A DNA stretch of 64,000 bases, from IMG/VR virus record IMGVR_UViG_3300021420_000030, one strand, 5' to 3'. The translations under genes and the position numbers were made by a program. The notes beneath the pieces are model-generated. The model worked only from the letters and a program-made list of their open reading frames with translations. It ran no database searches and had not been told where the DNA came from. Source of the DNA: an uncultured virus (IMG/VR IMGVR_UViG_3300021420_000030) (lineage: Duplodnaviria; Heunggongvirae; Uroviricota; Caudoviricetes). Of the stretch, positions 38,870-48,330 are shown piece after piece (position 1 is the first letter of the stretch; every line of letters begins with the position of its first letter).

Positions 38870-40986
38870 TTCCTTTCCAGCGCCTGAAGCCGGGATTCCA
38901 GATTCCGGATACGGTCCTGCTGTTCAAACAGAAACCGGAACGTGTCTTCGTGGAGGATCAGCGAAATATCGGCCCGGTCGAAAATATCGCTGGCGCTGCC
39001 ATGGGCGTTGAAAAAGTCCAATTGCGGCAGATAGTAATGTTTACTGGCGAAGTCCTTGATTTGATCCAAGGACAAGGCGACATAGCGGTCGGCTCCCGCA
39101 TGATCCGCGAAGGCTTCAATTCTCCCCGTAAATAGTTTCTCCAGCACGTAGTCCGGGTTCGTGTAGGCGGTTCCGTTTTTGAATACGCCACCGGAAACAT
39201 TGATGGTTCCGTCGCCTTCGTCTCCGCCCGTCGGGCCACCTCCGCCGTTGTATCCAACGATCAGGCCATCCTCCATGGTCATATGCTGGACCTGCGTGAC
39301 CGCACCGGAGGTCGTACTACTCCATGTCACATAAGCACCCTGAGCGGTATCGGTCCAGGCCTGAGTCGATAGAAAATTCATGGATGCTCGGCCGGTGGTG
39401 CTATAGCCCGTCGCCCCATAGCCATAAGCCTCAATCGAGAACAATGTCTCGTTTGAAACGCCAATCGCTGCGGGAACGGCGGCCGTTCCCCGTGCTTTTC
39501 TGCCGATAATGGATGCCCGTGGCGCGGTCCCATATCCGTCCACGACAAGCGAGGTCAGGCTTCCATCCAGCCCTTCAAACATCCACGCTTTCGTATCGGC
39601 GGCTGGGATGGCTTGGCCCGGTTTACTCTGATTCATCGCAAAATACTGGCTTAGGCCCGGAGTTTCAAGCATTAATGGATTGATGGTCCCAGCTCCCGCA
39701 GCAGCCGATTGCATCGTCGTAAATCCGGCACCGCTATTCGCCGTAAAGACCACAGCCGAACCGTTGGCTGTGCCTGAAGCAAACGTGACCGTGGCTCCGT
39801 ACACATCCAAGAGCGCATTGACGTTTAAAATCTGATTGGCGGGCAACGCCGCCATCTGGCCCCAGAGGATCGCCTTGTTTCGAGAATCCGTCTGGCTCAC
39901 GCTTCTTGAGATATTGTCAACCAGTAAGATGTTGCTGCCCAATTCCTTCCGTCCAGCATAAGCCCCGATAAAGATATCTCCGCTGAGGGTGGCGCTCCCG
40001 TCACCGCATCCCGCGTTCGACCCAAGGAATGTGTTATAGGTAGCCGCAGTGAGAATTTCACATCCGGACTGATAACCAATTCCTGTATTGTCATGTCCCG
40101 TGACCACATTGGTTCCGCTAATCCCCCCGACAAATGTGTTGTTGTATCCGCTCGTTAGGGTCGTCAAGACGAAAAGACCAATAGCGGTATTCGCTACCCC
40201 GGCCGTGTCCAAAAGCAGGGATTGATATCCAACTGCCGTCTCATTTTCCCCTGTCGTCAAGGCGGCTAACGCCGATGAACCGACAGCGGTATTGCTTCCA
40301 CCGGAAGCGACGTTTAATGCAGTTAAGGCATTAAAACCGATGGCAGTATTATCAAATGCGCCTGTAGGGGCCGCCATGGCGTTCATGCCCACGGCGGTAT
40401 TATCTGATCCCACGAAGCTACCACCGCTAGTCGAAGACAGGGCGTTCTGGCCGATAGCGACATTAAATGTCGCCGATGCCGTCGCCCTGAATAAAGCGGT
40501 ACCTCCCATCGCGACGTTGTCATGGGCGTTATCGACGAAGATATCCGCCGTTTGTGCCGGGTACTCACAGAGAAGGTAGGTGGAGCTGCTATAGCTGCAG
40601 GCGGTAGCGGGAATGGCGTAATCTCCCAGCGTGAAGGGAACCGGAATTCCCCCACCGCTCAGGTTCACATCGTAGTGGAGCCCCGTAGGTCCATAGAAGA
40701 ACCACTGACCCGAGGTGGCTGCAGTAAACGGGTTGGCCTTGGCATCTCCGGCGGCATCCGAGTAGATTGTGGAAAGCGTCAGGGTTCCGGCATTGTAAAT
40801 GGTTACAGTGCAGGAGGGGTAGGACTGCTGAAACTTCTGGTTTCCCGATCCCTGCGTTCCGGGAATTACGGTCGCTACGTTCCCGTTTTCGCACCAGCCA
40901 GATAGCCGGATATTTTGCGCCCATGAGGAGACCGCACAACCGAGAACCACCGACACTGCGAGCAGGAACTTCATTAATGGACGCAT
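38866..40986 (-). CDS. Tail fibre/spike with NTAVG beta-roll repeats and C-terminal chaperone-like coiled-coil domain
   Basis: Repeated NTA(V/I)G..AL; PDYVLE...LP...LESRLQALE; ATG 40986 after GGAGG. Confidence 0.7.
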   Translation of the reverse strand: MRPLMKFLLAVSVVLGCAVSSWAQNIRLSGWCENGNVATVIPGTQGSGNQKFQQSYPSCTVTIYNAGTLTLSTIYSDAAGDAKANPFTAATSGQWFFYGPTGLHYDVNLSGGGIPVPFTLGDYAIPATACSYSSSTYLLCEYPAQTADIFVDNAHDNVAMGGTALFRATASATFNVAIGQNALSSTSGGSFVGSDNTAVGMNAMAAPTGAFDNTAIGFNALTALNVASGGSNTAVGSSALAALTTGENETAVGYQSLLLDTAGVANTAIGLFVLTTLTSGYNNTFVGGISGTNVVTGHDNTGIGYQSGCEILTAATYNTFLGSNAGCGDGSATLSGDIFIGAYAGRKELGSNILLVDNISRSVSQTDSRNKAILWGQMAALPANQILNVNALLDVYGATVTFASGTANGSAVVFTANSGAGFTTMQSAAAGAGTINPLMLETPGLSQYFAMNQSKPGQAIPAADTKAWMFEGLDGSLTSLVVDGYGTAPRASIIGRKARGTAAVPAAIGVSNETLFSIEAYGYGATGYSTTGRASMNFLSTQAWTDTAQGAYVTWSSTTSGAVTQVQHMTMEDGLIVGYNGGGGPTGGDEGDGTINVSGGVFKNGTAYTNPDYVLEKLFTGRIEAFADHAGADRYVALSLDQIKDFASKHYYLPQLDFFNAHGSASDIFDRADISLILHEDTFRFLFEQQDRIRNLESRLQALERK

Positions 40987-41011
40987 GGCAAACCTCCGGT
41001 AAAGGACCGGA

Positions 41012-41212
41012 CTAGAAGTGATCCGATTCCCCGCTGGGGGTGGGCACCGCACCATCGTACAGCTTCTCTTTAACGCCGTTACCGGAAGGGGTGCGGCGGT
41101 ACTGGCTGAATGGGGGCTGATCGTCGCCGTCACAGACACCGGGACCGGGCTCCGGGATCTTCCCATTCGGATTAAACGGTGAAGGCATCACGGTATCCAC
41201 AAAGTCAGACAT
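41012..41212 (-). CDS. Small acidic Pro-rich protein
   Basis: AGGAG RBS. Confidence 0.6.
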   Translation of the reverse strand: MSDFVDTVMPSPFNPNGKIPEPGPGVCDGDDQPPFSQYRRTPSGNGVKEKLYDGAVPTPSGESDHF

Positions 41213-41299
41213 ATGTTTCTCCTATGCTAAAATAGAACAGGCATCCGGGGTTGAGGCCGGACGCCTGTCAAGACACATCAACCTGTTAGGGAGGATGAC

Positions 41300-41800
41300 A
41301 TGCCCATACCGAAGTTTATACCTATTATCTTGACGGAACCGCAAATCAAGGCTTTTTGGGCCAGAGTGCGTATTGGCGCGGAAGACGAATGCTGGCTGTG
41401 GACGAAATACACCAATCCCCATGGGTACGGAATCTATGTCGCGCGTGGTTACAACAAGGTTCTTCTCGCGCATCGAGTCGCATATGTTATTCACAATCAC
41501 GCCGAACCATCGGCATATGTACTCCACACTTGCGATACGCCCGCTTGTTGTAATTTCAAACATTTGTATGATGGCACGCAACAAGACAATGCTAACGATC
41601 GAGAACGAAGAGGACGGGGCAACGCCCAAAGGGGAGTTGACGCCAGCCGGGCTAAACTTAACGAAATCCAAGTTGGCGAAATTAGAGCGTTGATCAAGGA
41701 GAGACGTATTAGCCTGAGAGCCATTGCAAATAATTACGGGGTTACGCCAGAAAACATTCAGCATATTAAAAACAGAAAATCGTGGCGTCATCTTCTGTAA
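41300..41800 (+). CDS. HNH homing endonuclease, antisense to the late operon
   Basis: FWARV...CWLW...AHRVAY...VLHTCDTPACCNFKHL...N..D; GGAGG RBS. Confidence 0.9.
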   Translation: MPIPKFIPIILTEPQIKAFWARVRIGAEDECWLWTKYTNPHGYGIYVARGYNKVLLAHRVAYVIHNHAEPSAYVLHTCDTPACCNFKHLYDGTQQDNANDRERRGRGNAQRGVDASRAKLNEIQVGEIRALIKERRISLRAIANNYGVTPENIQHIKNRKSWRHLL

Positions 41801-41810
41801 GTTATTGATC

Positions 41811-43040
41811 CTACAGCGCATGTGACTGGAGGAAACGGCTGTCGCCCAGAACATTTGCGAAAGGCCAATATAATGCCGGATAAGAGTAGGAGATGTTCTG
41901 CGTCCACACGTTGTCATCTTGAAGCTCTAGCAGCGCGAGTTGCTCCGCGTTACGACTCTTGTAATACTGGGCAGTTCGCAAACTAAAGTACATATTAGTC
42001 TTGTCTGCACTGACACCAGGCCACGATGCAAGGTCTTCCAACGCAAGATCGACGAGAAAGTTTGAGCGGATATAGAGCGGGATTACCGCACCGGGATCAT
42101 TGAGATCAGGAGGGACAGCCTCATAGAGGAAACTGTAAATGTGCTGTGCCTGTTGATGTGGGTAAAGTTCGTAAAATGGGAGCCCCGCATTTGGCACTGC
42201 CGTGGCCTGAACCACAAATGTATCGTTGAGGACGTAAGTGAGTCCCAACGGAAACGAAACAACCACGCCATCCATGAGTGTCTGTGGCGCAGCACCAGCA
42301 TCCGTCAAAACCGCTGTGGTGTATGCTCCGTTATTTTTCTTCCACTCAAAGACAGCAGTTCCAGATGTTCCACCTGTCGTGATTTGAATCGTAAAGATGG
42401 CATTACTGGGCCCGAGAAAAACGCCACCAGAAGTAGGGCTTGGACCGGAACCTTGAACCTGAAGCGGTGCGCCGACGATGCCCACTTGCGACGTGTTATA
42501 GCCGCGAAACGAGACCATATAGGCGTTACCGGTATTGGCTCTCTGCGCGTCGATGGCGTTAATTTCAGACTGGTCGATATCGAGAGACAGACTCCAATTA
42601 AACTGAACATCCCACAGTGTAATAAATTGATGAAAGTCCGAAGGGGGCGTATAAAAACATTGATAAATCGAATATCCCGATCCCGTCGACGTGGGCCCAC
42701 CCCAGACCTGATCCAGTTCCATCTGGGTCGGGGAGTCAAACTGAGCGATGGTATAAATCGGTGCGGCCAACCCCACACGGAACTGCTGACCGACGAGGGC
42801 CGCTGTCCAGGCGGTCCCGGTTCCCGTGATGGTCGTGAACCCCTGAGTGAGGGCAACCGTCCCCGTATTATAAGCATTCGGGGCAATGAACTGGCCGAAC
42901 CGGACCTGCCAGGACCACCGCCTGTGCTCGATCAGGCGACGGAAGGCATTAACGATGAAGTCCTGAGCCAGTTTCGGAGAAAGCTCGGGACAGCGCAGGA
43001 GTAGTTTATTCCATGTAGCGGTAAACGTCTCCTGCGCCAT
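41811..43040 (-). CDS. Virion structural protein (adaptor-like with Ig/sugar-binding-like insert)
   Basis: Follows capsid genes; YNTGTV...TGTGTAWT motif. Confidence 0.55.
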   Translation of the reverse strand: MAQETFTATWNKLLLRCPELSPKLAQDFIVNAFRRLIEHRRWSWQVRFGQFIAPNAYNTGTVALTQGFTTITGTGTAWTAALVGQQFRVGLAAPIYTIAQFDSPTQMELDQVWGGPTSTGSGYSIYQCFYTPPSDFHQFITLWDVQFNWSLSLDIDQSEINAIDAQRANTGNAYMVSFRGYNTSQVGIVGAPLQVQGSGPSPTSGGVFLGPSNAIFTIQITTGGTSGTAVFEWKKNNGAYTTAVLTDAGAAPQTLMDGVVVSFPLGLTYVLNDTFVVQATAVPNAGLPFYELYPHQQAQHIYSFLYEAVPPDLNDPGAVIPLYIRSNFLVDLALEDLASWPGVSADKTNMYFSLRTAQYYKSRNAEQLALLELQDDNVWTQNISYSYPALYWPFANVLGDSRFLQSHAL

Positions 43041-43049
43041 CCATACTCC

Positions 43050-43304
43050 TTAGATACCGACGATGGAACCTTGAAAGGTCAGGCCCCCCGCCGATACCAG
43101 GGTGATCGTATTACCGGAAACCGTGAATCCATACGCGGTTCCCGTAGTGGGCGTCAATCCAATATCCTCAATCCGCTTCATTCCGGGAACCGACAAGGTA
43201 TCCCCGTTATTGGTAAAGACGATGGAGTCGGCGGCAAAGACCCGCCGTCCCCCAAACACCGAATTCTGACGCCGTGTCGTCACGATTGCTGCTGCCATAA
43301 ACAA
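43050..43304 (-). CDS. Small structural protein
   Basis: Position; beta-rich. Confidence 0.55.
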   Translation of the reverse strand: MFMAAAIVTTRRQNSVFGGRRVFAADSIVFTNNGDTLSVPGMKRIEDIGLTPTTGTAYGFTVSGNTITLVSAGGLTFQGSIVGI

Positions 43305-43312
43305 CCTCCCTG

Positions 43313-43918
43313 CTACTGTACCTCGGGGATATCCACATCACAAGGAGTGACGTTGGCGACGGTCAATCCCACCACCACCCCAATCGTCTTGCAGGTGGGA
43401 GCGGTTCCTGTGGTCACCGTAGCCGCTTGCGCCGCCGTGGTCGAGGTATCCGAGACCAGGAAATCCCCAATGGCGGGCGTTCCGGTCGTCTTGACCGAGA
43501 TGTTGCGGCCCCGCTGCAGGATGTCACAGTACCGGCCTGCCGTTACCGCCGAGCGGAAGATGCCCGCCACGAAGTTGCGGAAACCGCTGTTGGTGATCGC
43601 CCCGCCACCGGGTACCGCATTGGCCTGGGTGACGTCATTGGTCACGATGTAGTTGGACTTGTCTTTCCAGTAGGCCAACTGGTTGGCGGCCACCACACCC
43701 GTCAGGTTGGTCGAAACCGCGCCGGAATCCAGCTGTACCCGCTGATAGGCGTTGAAGGGGTTTCCCGCTTCAAAACGGATACCGAGCGAGCCGGGCTGGC
43801 CGCCCATACCGACCGTGGTGGCTGTCGGCCCCCAGTCGCCTGGAGCAATGTTGGTCGTATCGGGATTGCCGGTCGGGAGCCAAATCGACCCGGCACTCTG
43901 TCTGTTTGCTAATGCCAT
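43313..43918 (-). CDS. Capsid decoration/cement-like protein
   Basis: Directly after the major capsid gene; AAGGAG RBS. Confidence 0.55.
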   Translation of the reverse strand: MALANRQSAGSIWLPTGNPDTTNIAPGDWGPTATTVGMGGQPGSLGIRFEAGNPFNAYQRVQLDSGAVSTNLTGVVAANQLAYWKDKSNYIVTNDVTQANAVPGGGAITNSGFRNFVAGIFRSAVTAGRYCDILQRGRNISVKTTGTPAIGDFLVSDTSTTAAQAATVTTGTAPTCKTIGVVVGLTVANVTPCDVDIPEVQ

Positions 43919-43933
43919 GATGATATCTCCTTA

Positions 43934-44277
43934 TTAACCAGTAATGCCGTACAGTTGCTTGTGGTAGCGTGGGGCAAACGTCATCTGGTAGGCCAAGAGA
44001 ACCTGACCCACGACTTTGGTATTGCCTTGCGCCGGTTTAAATCCGGTGAATCCCAGCTGGAATTCCGGATCATCGGAAATGTAGAAGTTGAAGTAGGGCT
44101 TGCGAACATTCAACATCCACAGGGTTTCCGAGGTGATGGTCGGATAGGCCGTCAAGGCCCCGCCGCTCATGTTCTTGATGAAGGTCACCGCGTTGACATC
44201 GCCTGTGCCGGAGATGTAGGTACCGGGAACGTAGCGGTCGCGTAACACGATGGCAGAGTTGAACTTGAGTCCGTTGA
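43934..44277 (-). CDS. Major capsid protein, exon 2
   Basis: In-frame continuation (F)NGLKFNSAIVLRDRYVP...PRYHKQLYGITG* after intron removal. Confidence 0.85.
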
Positions 44278-45088
44278 CGCGTGATTCCCATATTTCGATG
44301 GGCGCGGACTATATCATCACTTTACGTGCAGGGCGCTCGTGCTGGTTATTAAGCGGACTCAACCGCTCCAGTAGTCTCTGAACCTTCCACCCGTGTACGG
44401 ATGGCTTGGCTGCGGATTGCCCTCGGCTCTCGCCGGTCGGGGTTCCCGCAATTCACCCTGTTTGCTAGCAAACCTCTATTGAATCTAATATACTGAGTAA
44501 CAACATGACATGGCCTAAGAATCGTCCCGATACCCGAGATCATAGCCGCGCAAATTATAGAGGCGTTGACCTTTGGATAATCGAGAATCAAGGCAAGCAC
44601 TTTTGCCAGTGTGGCTGCGGCGGAGTCATTACGATCAAACTCCACATGCACTGCAAATCTCTTGGCATACCCAAGTACCTCCCGTTTCATTACCTCAAAA
44701 CAAGAGAATTCCTGATCGCTCAAACCGAAAGAGCGAAGCAAAGAGTTGGCGAAAAGGCCCACAACTGGAGACACGGCAAAACCAAAAAGCAGGAAATATT
44801 GAGAAAGTCCAAGCCATACATCGCTTGGCGCAATGCGGTATACCTGCGCGATGATTTTACCTGTCAAAAGTGTGGCGCACACAGCGGTCAAGGCAAAGCC
44901 GTATACCTTCACGCGCACCATCACCCCGTTCCCTTCAAAATACTCTGGAAGGAATTTGTGAGTGGCAAGCGTACCAAGGAGAGTTTCTTCGATCCCTCGC
45001 TCGGCATTACGCTGTGTCGTCCATGTCATAAACAGATGCACTCAGTTCACTGATTCTGTAGAAATCTGCAAGGGGCTCATTTTACCGA
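44278..45088 (-). mobile_element. Group I self-splicing intron (811 nt) in the major capsid gene
   Basis: P AATTGCGGGAA, Q AATCCGCAGC, R TCAGAGACTA, S GATATAGTCC; P1 GGGU|UC:GAGCCC with U-G at the splice site; terminal G; frame restored. Confidence 0.92.
44505..45053 (+). CDS. Intron-borne HNH endonuclease (antisense to the intron)
   Basis: CQCGCG; WRNAVYLRDDFTCQKC...HAHH...GITLCRPCH. Confidence 0.88.
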   Translation: MTWPKNRPDTRDHSRANYRGVDLWIIENQGKHFCQCGCGGVITIKLHMHCKSLGIPKYLPFHYLKTREFLIAQTERAKQRVGEKAHNWRHGKTKKQEILRKSKPYIAWRNAVYLRDDFTCQKCGAHSGQGKAVYLHAHHHPVPFKILWKEFVSGKRTKESFFDPSLGITLCRPCHKQMHSVH

Positions 45089-45818
45089 ACCCAATTTTGG
45101 GATCCTGTGTATCTTGAAATCTTTGCTGAGTCTGAAATTTTTCCTTGATATAGGAGTATCCCAAATAGGTCGTCACCAGATGGGTGGGTTCCTTATTGGG
45201 CCCGAAGGAGCAGTTGCCAAACTGTTCTTCGAGAGTCGGATACTCAATGGTGCCGTTGACGTTCACCGGAGCCGAGTTGATCGCCGTTCCCACCGCGCCA
45301 CCCCGGGTGATCGTGCCGTAGGTGGTATAGACGTTCCCGTCCCAGGAGTTGGTCGTGTTGTCGTTCAGGGCTTCGGGCAGCCCGTTGATGTTTTTGGTGT
45401 AGTTGGCATTCTGGCCGTTCAGGAACGCCGCAATGTCAATGAAGGCCCCCATGGTCATATAGGCATTGGTGGTGCGGGACTGGATCAGCCGGAAGGCCGC
45501 ATTCTCGCCCTTGTTGATGACCTGGATGTCTTCTTTGGTCAACGTCACGCCCACTTCCATGAACTTGATGTTGAACTGAAGCTGTTGTTCGATCTGGGGT
45601 TCGGAGATATCGAAGTCCTGACCTTTCGCATAAGGACCGCCGATTAAACCGCCGTAGAAAAAATTTTCCCCAATAAATCGTCCGCCATCATAGTCTTCGC
45701 GAACACTCTGTTTTGCTAAAGCCGCGAGAGCGGCCTCTTGGAACACGAGGTCCACGAGCTTTGGCGTTTCTCGGATGTATCGCTTGGTAGCGACATCGAT
45801 TGCCGTTAATTCAGCCAA
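45089..45818 (-). CDS. Major capsid protein, exon 1 (spliced product 357 aa)
   Basis: TTG start after AAGGAG; follows scaffold; YGTITR, QQRF motifs. Confidence 0.85.
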
Positions 45819-45863
45819 TGGTTACTCCTTTGGCGCAATCGATGCTTCAGTGATGGGCAGGGA

Positions 45864-46667
45864 TTACGCCGATTTTGTGGTGTCTTGCCTCAGCCCTTCA
45901 AAGAACGCCTCGCGGGAGTGCCGTTCCTGATCGTTGTCGGTCATCTTCGATATGTCCTCATTCTTATCGAACATGGGCGAAAACATCTTGGACTGATGGT
46001 CGGTCGGTACTGCCTTGCGGGTAAACCCGTCCCGGATGCCTTCCTGATAGCGGGCTTCGATTTTGGCATTCCAGTCGGCTTCTTCCGCTTTCTTGACGTC
46101 GGGTTCCACAAACGATTTGTAGGCTTGCTTCAAGGAACCACCCCATTCGGGATGCTCCTTCCAGGCCGTCTCAAAGGTTTTCACATCGAGCGGCTTTTTA
46201 AACTTGCCCATGTGGAATTCCCGCACTTCCAGAAGATCCAGAACCGCAGAGTCGCGCCGCGATAAGACATCGTTCAGCGTGGTCTGCATCCGGGCATCCA
46301 GCAGTTTCTCCATTTCTTCCTTGGTCATACCGAGTCCGGTGTCGTTACCGGAGCCTTCTTTTTTCTCCCGGGGATAGGTCTTCCGGTACCAGTCGAGTTC
46401 ATTGAGTCCGTTGACAAACTCGTTGTACTTCTGTTGTTCCTTGTCATACCACTCCCGGTATTCCTGATCCTTCTCGGCCTTGGTCCGATTGCGCACATCA
46501 TCCAGATCGTGCGAATAGTCGGGCAACGGCTTAAAGCCTTCGGAAAAGGCTTTGGCGAACTTTTCGTTCTCAATCACCGAAGTCACCTTCTGCAGGTCAT
46601 CCCCTTGCAGACCAGCCTTGGTGGCGAGTTCGTTCCAGTACGCTTTGATATCATTGACTTTCGGCAT
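45864..46667 (-). CDS. Putative capsid scaffolding protein
   Basis: Charged helical protein directly upstream of the major capsid gene. Confidence 0.65.
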   Translation of the reverse strand: MPKVNDIKAYWNELATKAGLQGDDLQKVTSVIENEKFAKAFSEGFKPLPDYSHDLDDVRNRTKAEKDQEYREWYDKEQQKYNEFVNGLNELDWYRKTYPREKKEGSGNDTGLGMTKEEMEKLLDARMQTTLNDVLSRRDSAVLDLLEVREFHMGKFKKPLDVKTFETAWKEHPEWGGSLKQAYKSFVEPDVKKAEEADWNAKIEARYQEGIRDGFTRKAVPTDHQSKMFSPMFDKNEDISKMTDNDQERHSREAFFEGLRQDTTKSA

Positions 46668-46763
46668 CGTTCTCTCCCAGGAACCTGCCTTGCGGCCTAG
46701 TTCCCTAATCGATCGACTCTACTGCACCGTCATGGCGTAGACAGACAAAACGTCCGTGTTTGT

Positions 46764-47141
46764 CTACATCCCGGTCTGTACCGGAGGCGCTGTTGGGGCC
46801 GCATTGGCTTGCGGGGCTTCCAACCCACTGCCCCCGGATCCCGGAGGATTTCCAGAAATCATGTCGGCGACCTGCTGCGGCACCACCTGCTCCAGCCCGG
46901 TAATGATCTGTTGGATCCCGGGGGCCAGGGTGGGCAGCAACGAGGCCAGCTCCATCAACTTTTGTTTTGCCTGTCCCATCGCCGCCAGTGTCCGCACCGC
47001 TGGACTCGACATATCGATGGACTGGCTTTTGCCGTCGCTTCCATCGGAAGCCATCGCCATCAGGGATCGTCCCTGACGGGGAGGCTGGGGCGGAGCCCGG
47101 TCCAGGCGGGGACGGGTGCTGTCGTCGGTGGAAATGTCCAC
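46764..47141 (-). CDS. Hypothetical Pro/Gln-rich protein
   Basis: Head region ORF. Confidence 0.55.
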   Translation of the reverse strand: MDISTDDSTRPRLDRAPPQPPRQGRSLMAMASDGSDGKSQSIDMSSPAVRTLAAMGQAKQKLMELASLLPTLAPGIQQIITGLEQVVPQQVADMISGNPPGSGGSGLEAPQANAAPTAPPVQTGM

Positions 47142-47261
47142 TTACTTTTTACCGCCGTATCCCTTCTTCGTCGTCATCTGCATGGGCGTGGTCACCAGGC
47201 CCTTGGTATTGCTGTTGGACTTGACGTAGCCTTTCCCTTTGGTTCCCTTCATTCCCGCCAT
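47142..47261 (-). CDS. Tiny Lys/Gly-rich protein (MAGMKGTKGKGYVK...)
   Basis: GAGGAG RBS, 39 aa. Confidence 0.6.
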   Translation of the reverse strand: MAGMKGTKGKGYVKSNSNTKGLVTTPMQMTTKKGYGGKK

Positions 47262-47295
47262 AAATCTCCTCGTGGATACATCCACCGCCGACAGA

Positions 47296-47469
47296 TCATC
47301 GGCCATACTTTTTGTTCTTTCGCGACATCCCGGCTTCTTTCAGACTGATCGCGACAGCCTGAGCGCGGTTCTTTACCAGTGGTCCGGTCGATCGACCGGA
47401 GTGAAGTTTTCCTTCTTTGAAGCGTTTCATTTCCTGATGGACACCCGTAGGCCCCTTAGCAACCGGCAT
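47296..47469 (-). CDS. Small basic protein (DUF6496-like)
   Basis: MKRFKEGKLHSG...GPLVK.RAQAVAISLKEAG. Confidence 0.65.
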   Translation of the reverse strand: MPVAKGPTGVHQEMKRFKEGKLHSGRSTGPLVKNRAQAVAISLKEAGMSRKNKKYGR

Positions 47470-47669
47470 CAGCGTTTCGTCGCATTGATTGCGAAGTTGG
47501 CTTTCTGTTTCATCCCCGGTGAGGCGGTGGGCGACTTCATGGTCTGCCGGGCAAAGGATGGCGTAGACATGCCCTTCTGTTTTGCAGCCGATTTGAAGGA
47601 CCCTATGGTGCCCTTGGTTTTCATCCGGCCGACGGCATCTTCAATCCATTCGGGGTTTCCTGCCATCAT
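47469..47669 (-). CDS. Small basic protein
   Basis: WIEDAV...KG...QKANFA pattern, GGGAG RBS. Confidence 0.65.
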   Translation of the reverse strand: MMAGNPEWIEDAVGRMKTKGTIGSFKSAAKQKGMSTPSFARQTMKSPTASPGMKQKANFAINATKR

Positions 47670-47698
47670 CTGCTCCCTGTCGGGTATCTTACATCCGT

Positions 47699-47992
47699 TT
47701 ATTGAATATACAAGACGTGAATCTTCTGACTCACCGTGCCGAAGACGTAGGTCGAGGCCAGATTGACGTTGTGCCCGGCATCGCGGATGGTGATCCCGTT
47801 GGTCGGACCGGCGGTAATGGAGCGGCCATAATCGGTGGCACTGACGGTCGGGCCCCCCACGGTGACCACGGCATTGCCGGTCTCGGATTCAATTTGAACT
47901 TCCCTGGCGTTGATCGAGGGAGAGCCCACGGCTGGGGTCAGGAGCGCCTGCGCGATACCCGTTAACGTGACCGTCAAATGATGGACTGCCAT
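47699..47992 (-). CDS. Small beta-rich virion protein
   Basis: Position, composition. Confidence 0.6.
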   Translation of the reverse strand: MAVHHLTVTLTGIAQALLTPAVGSPSINAREVQIESETGNAVVTVGGPTVSATDYGRSITAGPTNGITIRDAGHNVNLASTYVFGTVSQKIHVLYIQ

Positions 47993-48256
47993 TTAGAATG
48001 TCCTCCGAATCCAGGCGATAAACCGCCGATACCAGGGAACCCGCATCGCCTCTAATTTCTGATCGAGATCCGCAACCATATCCTGAAGCCGGAGGATTTC
48101 CTTATAAATATCCAGAAGCGGCTTCCCCTCTTCCGGGGCCCGAGGGTAGACATTCTTCTCAATCCAATCGGGGATCGACTGAACCCCAATCATCGGTGCC
48201 CCAATCACCGGATAGTCGGTCACGCTCAATACAGGCACGGCATTCGACTTCGCCAT
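47993..48256 (-). CDS. Hypothetical protein
   Basis: ORF ending PWYRRFIAWIRRTF. Confidence 0.55.
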   Translation of the reverse strand: MAKSNAVPVLSVTDYPVIGAPMIGVQSIPDWIEKNVYPRAPEEGKPLLDIYKEILRLQDMVADLDQKLEAMRVPWYRRFIAWIRRTF

Positions 48257-48267
48257 AACACTCGATC

Positions 48268-48330
48268 TCAAACAATAAAGAACATTGTTTTGTCAGACAA
48301 TAAAAAGCATTGTTTTATCAAACAATAAAA
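48268..48330. repeat. 2.5 tandem 25-bp AT-rich repeats, each with an internal inverted repeat
   Basis: TCAAACAATAAAGAACATTGTTTTG / TCAGACAATAAAAAGCATTGTTTTA / TCAAACAATAAAA. Confidence 0.85.

Noticed and set aside
44349..45041. 230-aa minus-strand ORF inside the intron
   Set aside because: Antisense shadow of the motif-bearing HNH ORF, running into the ribozyme core
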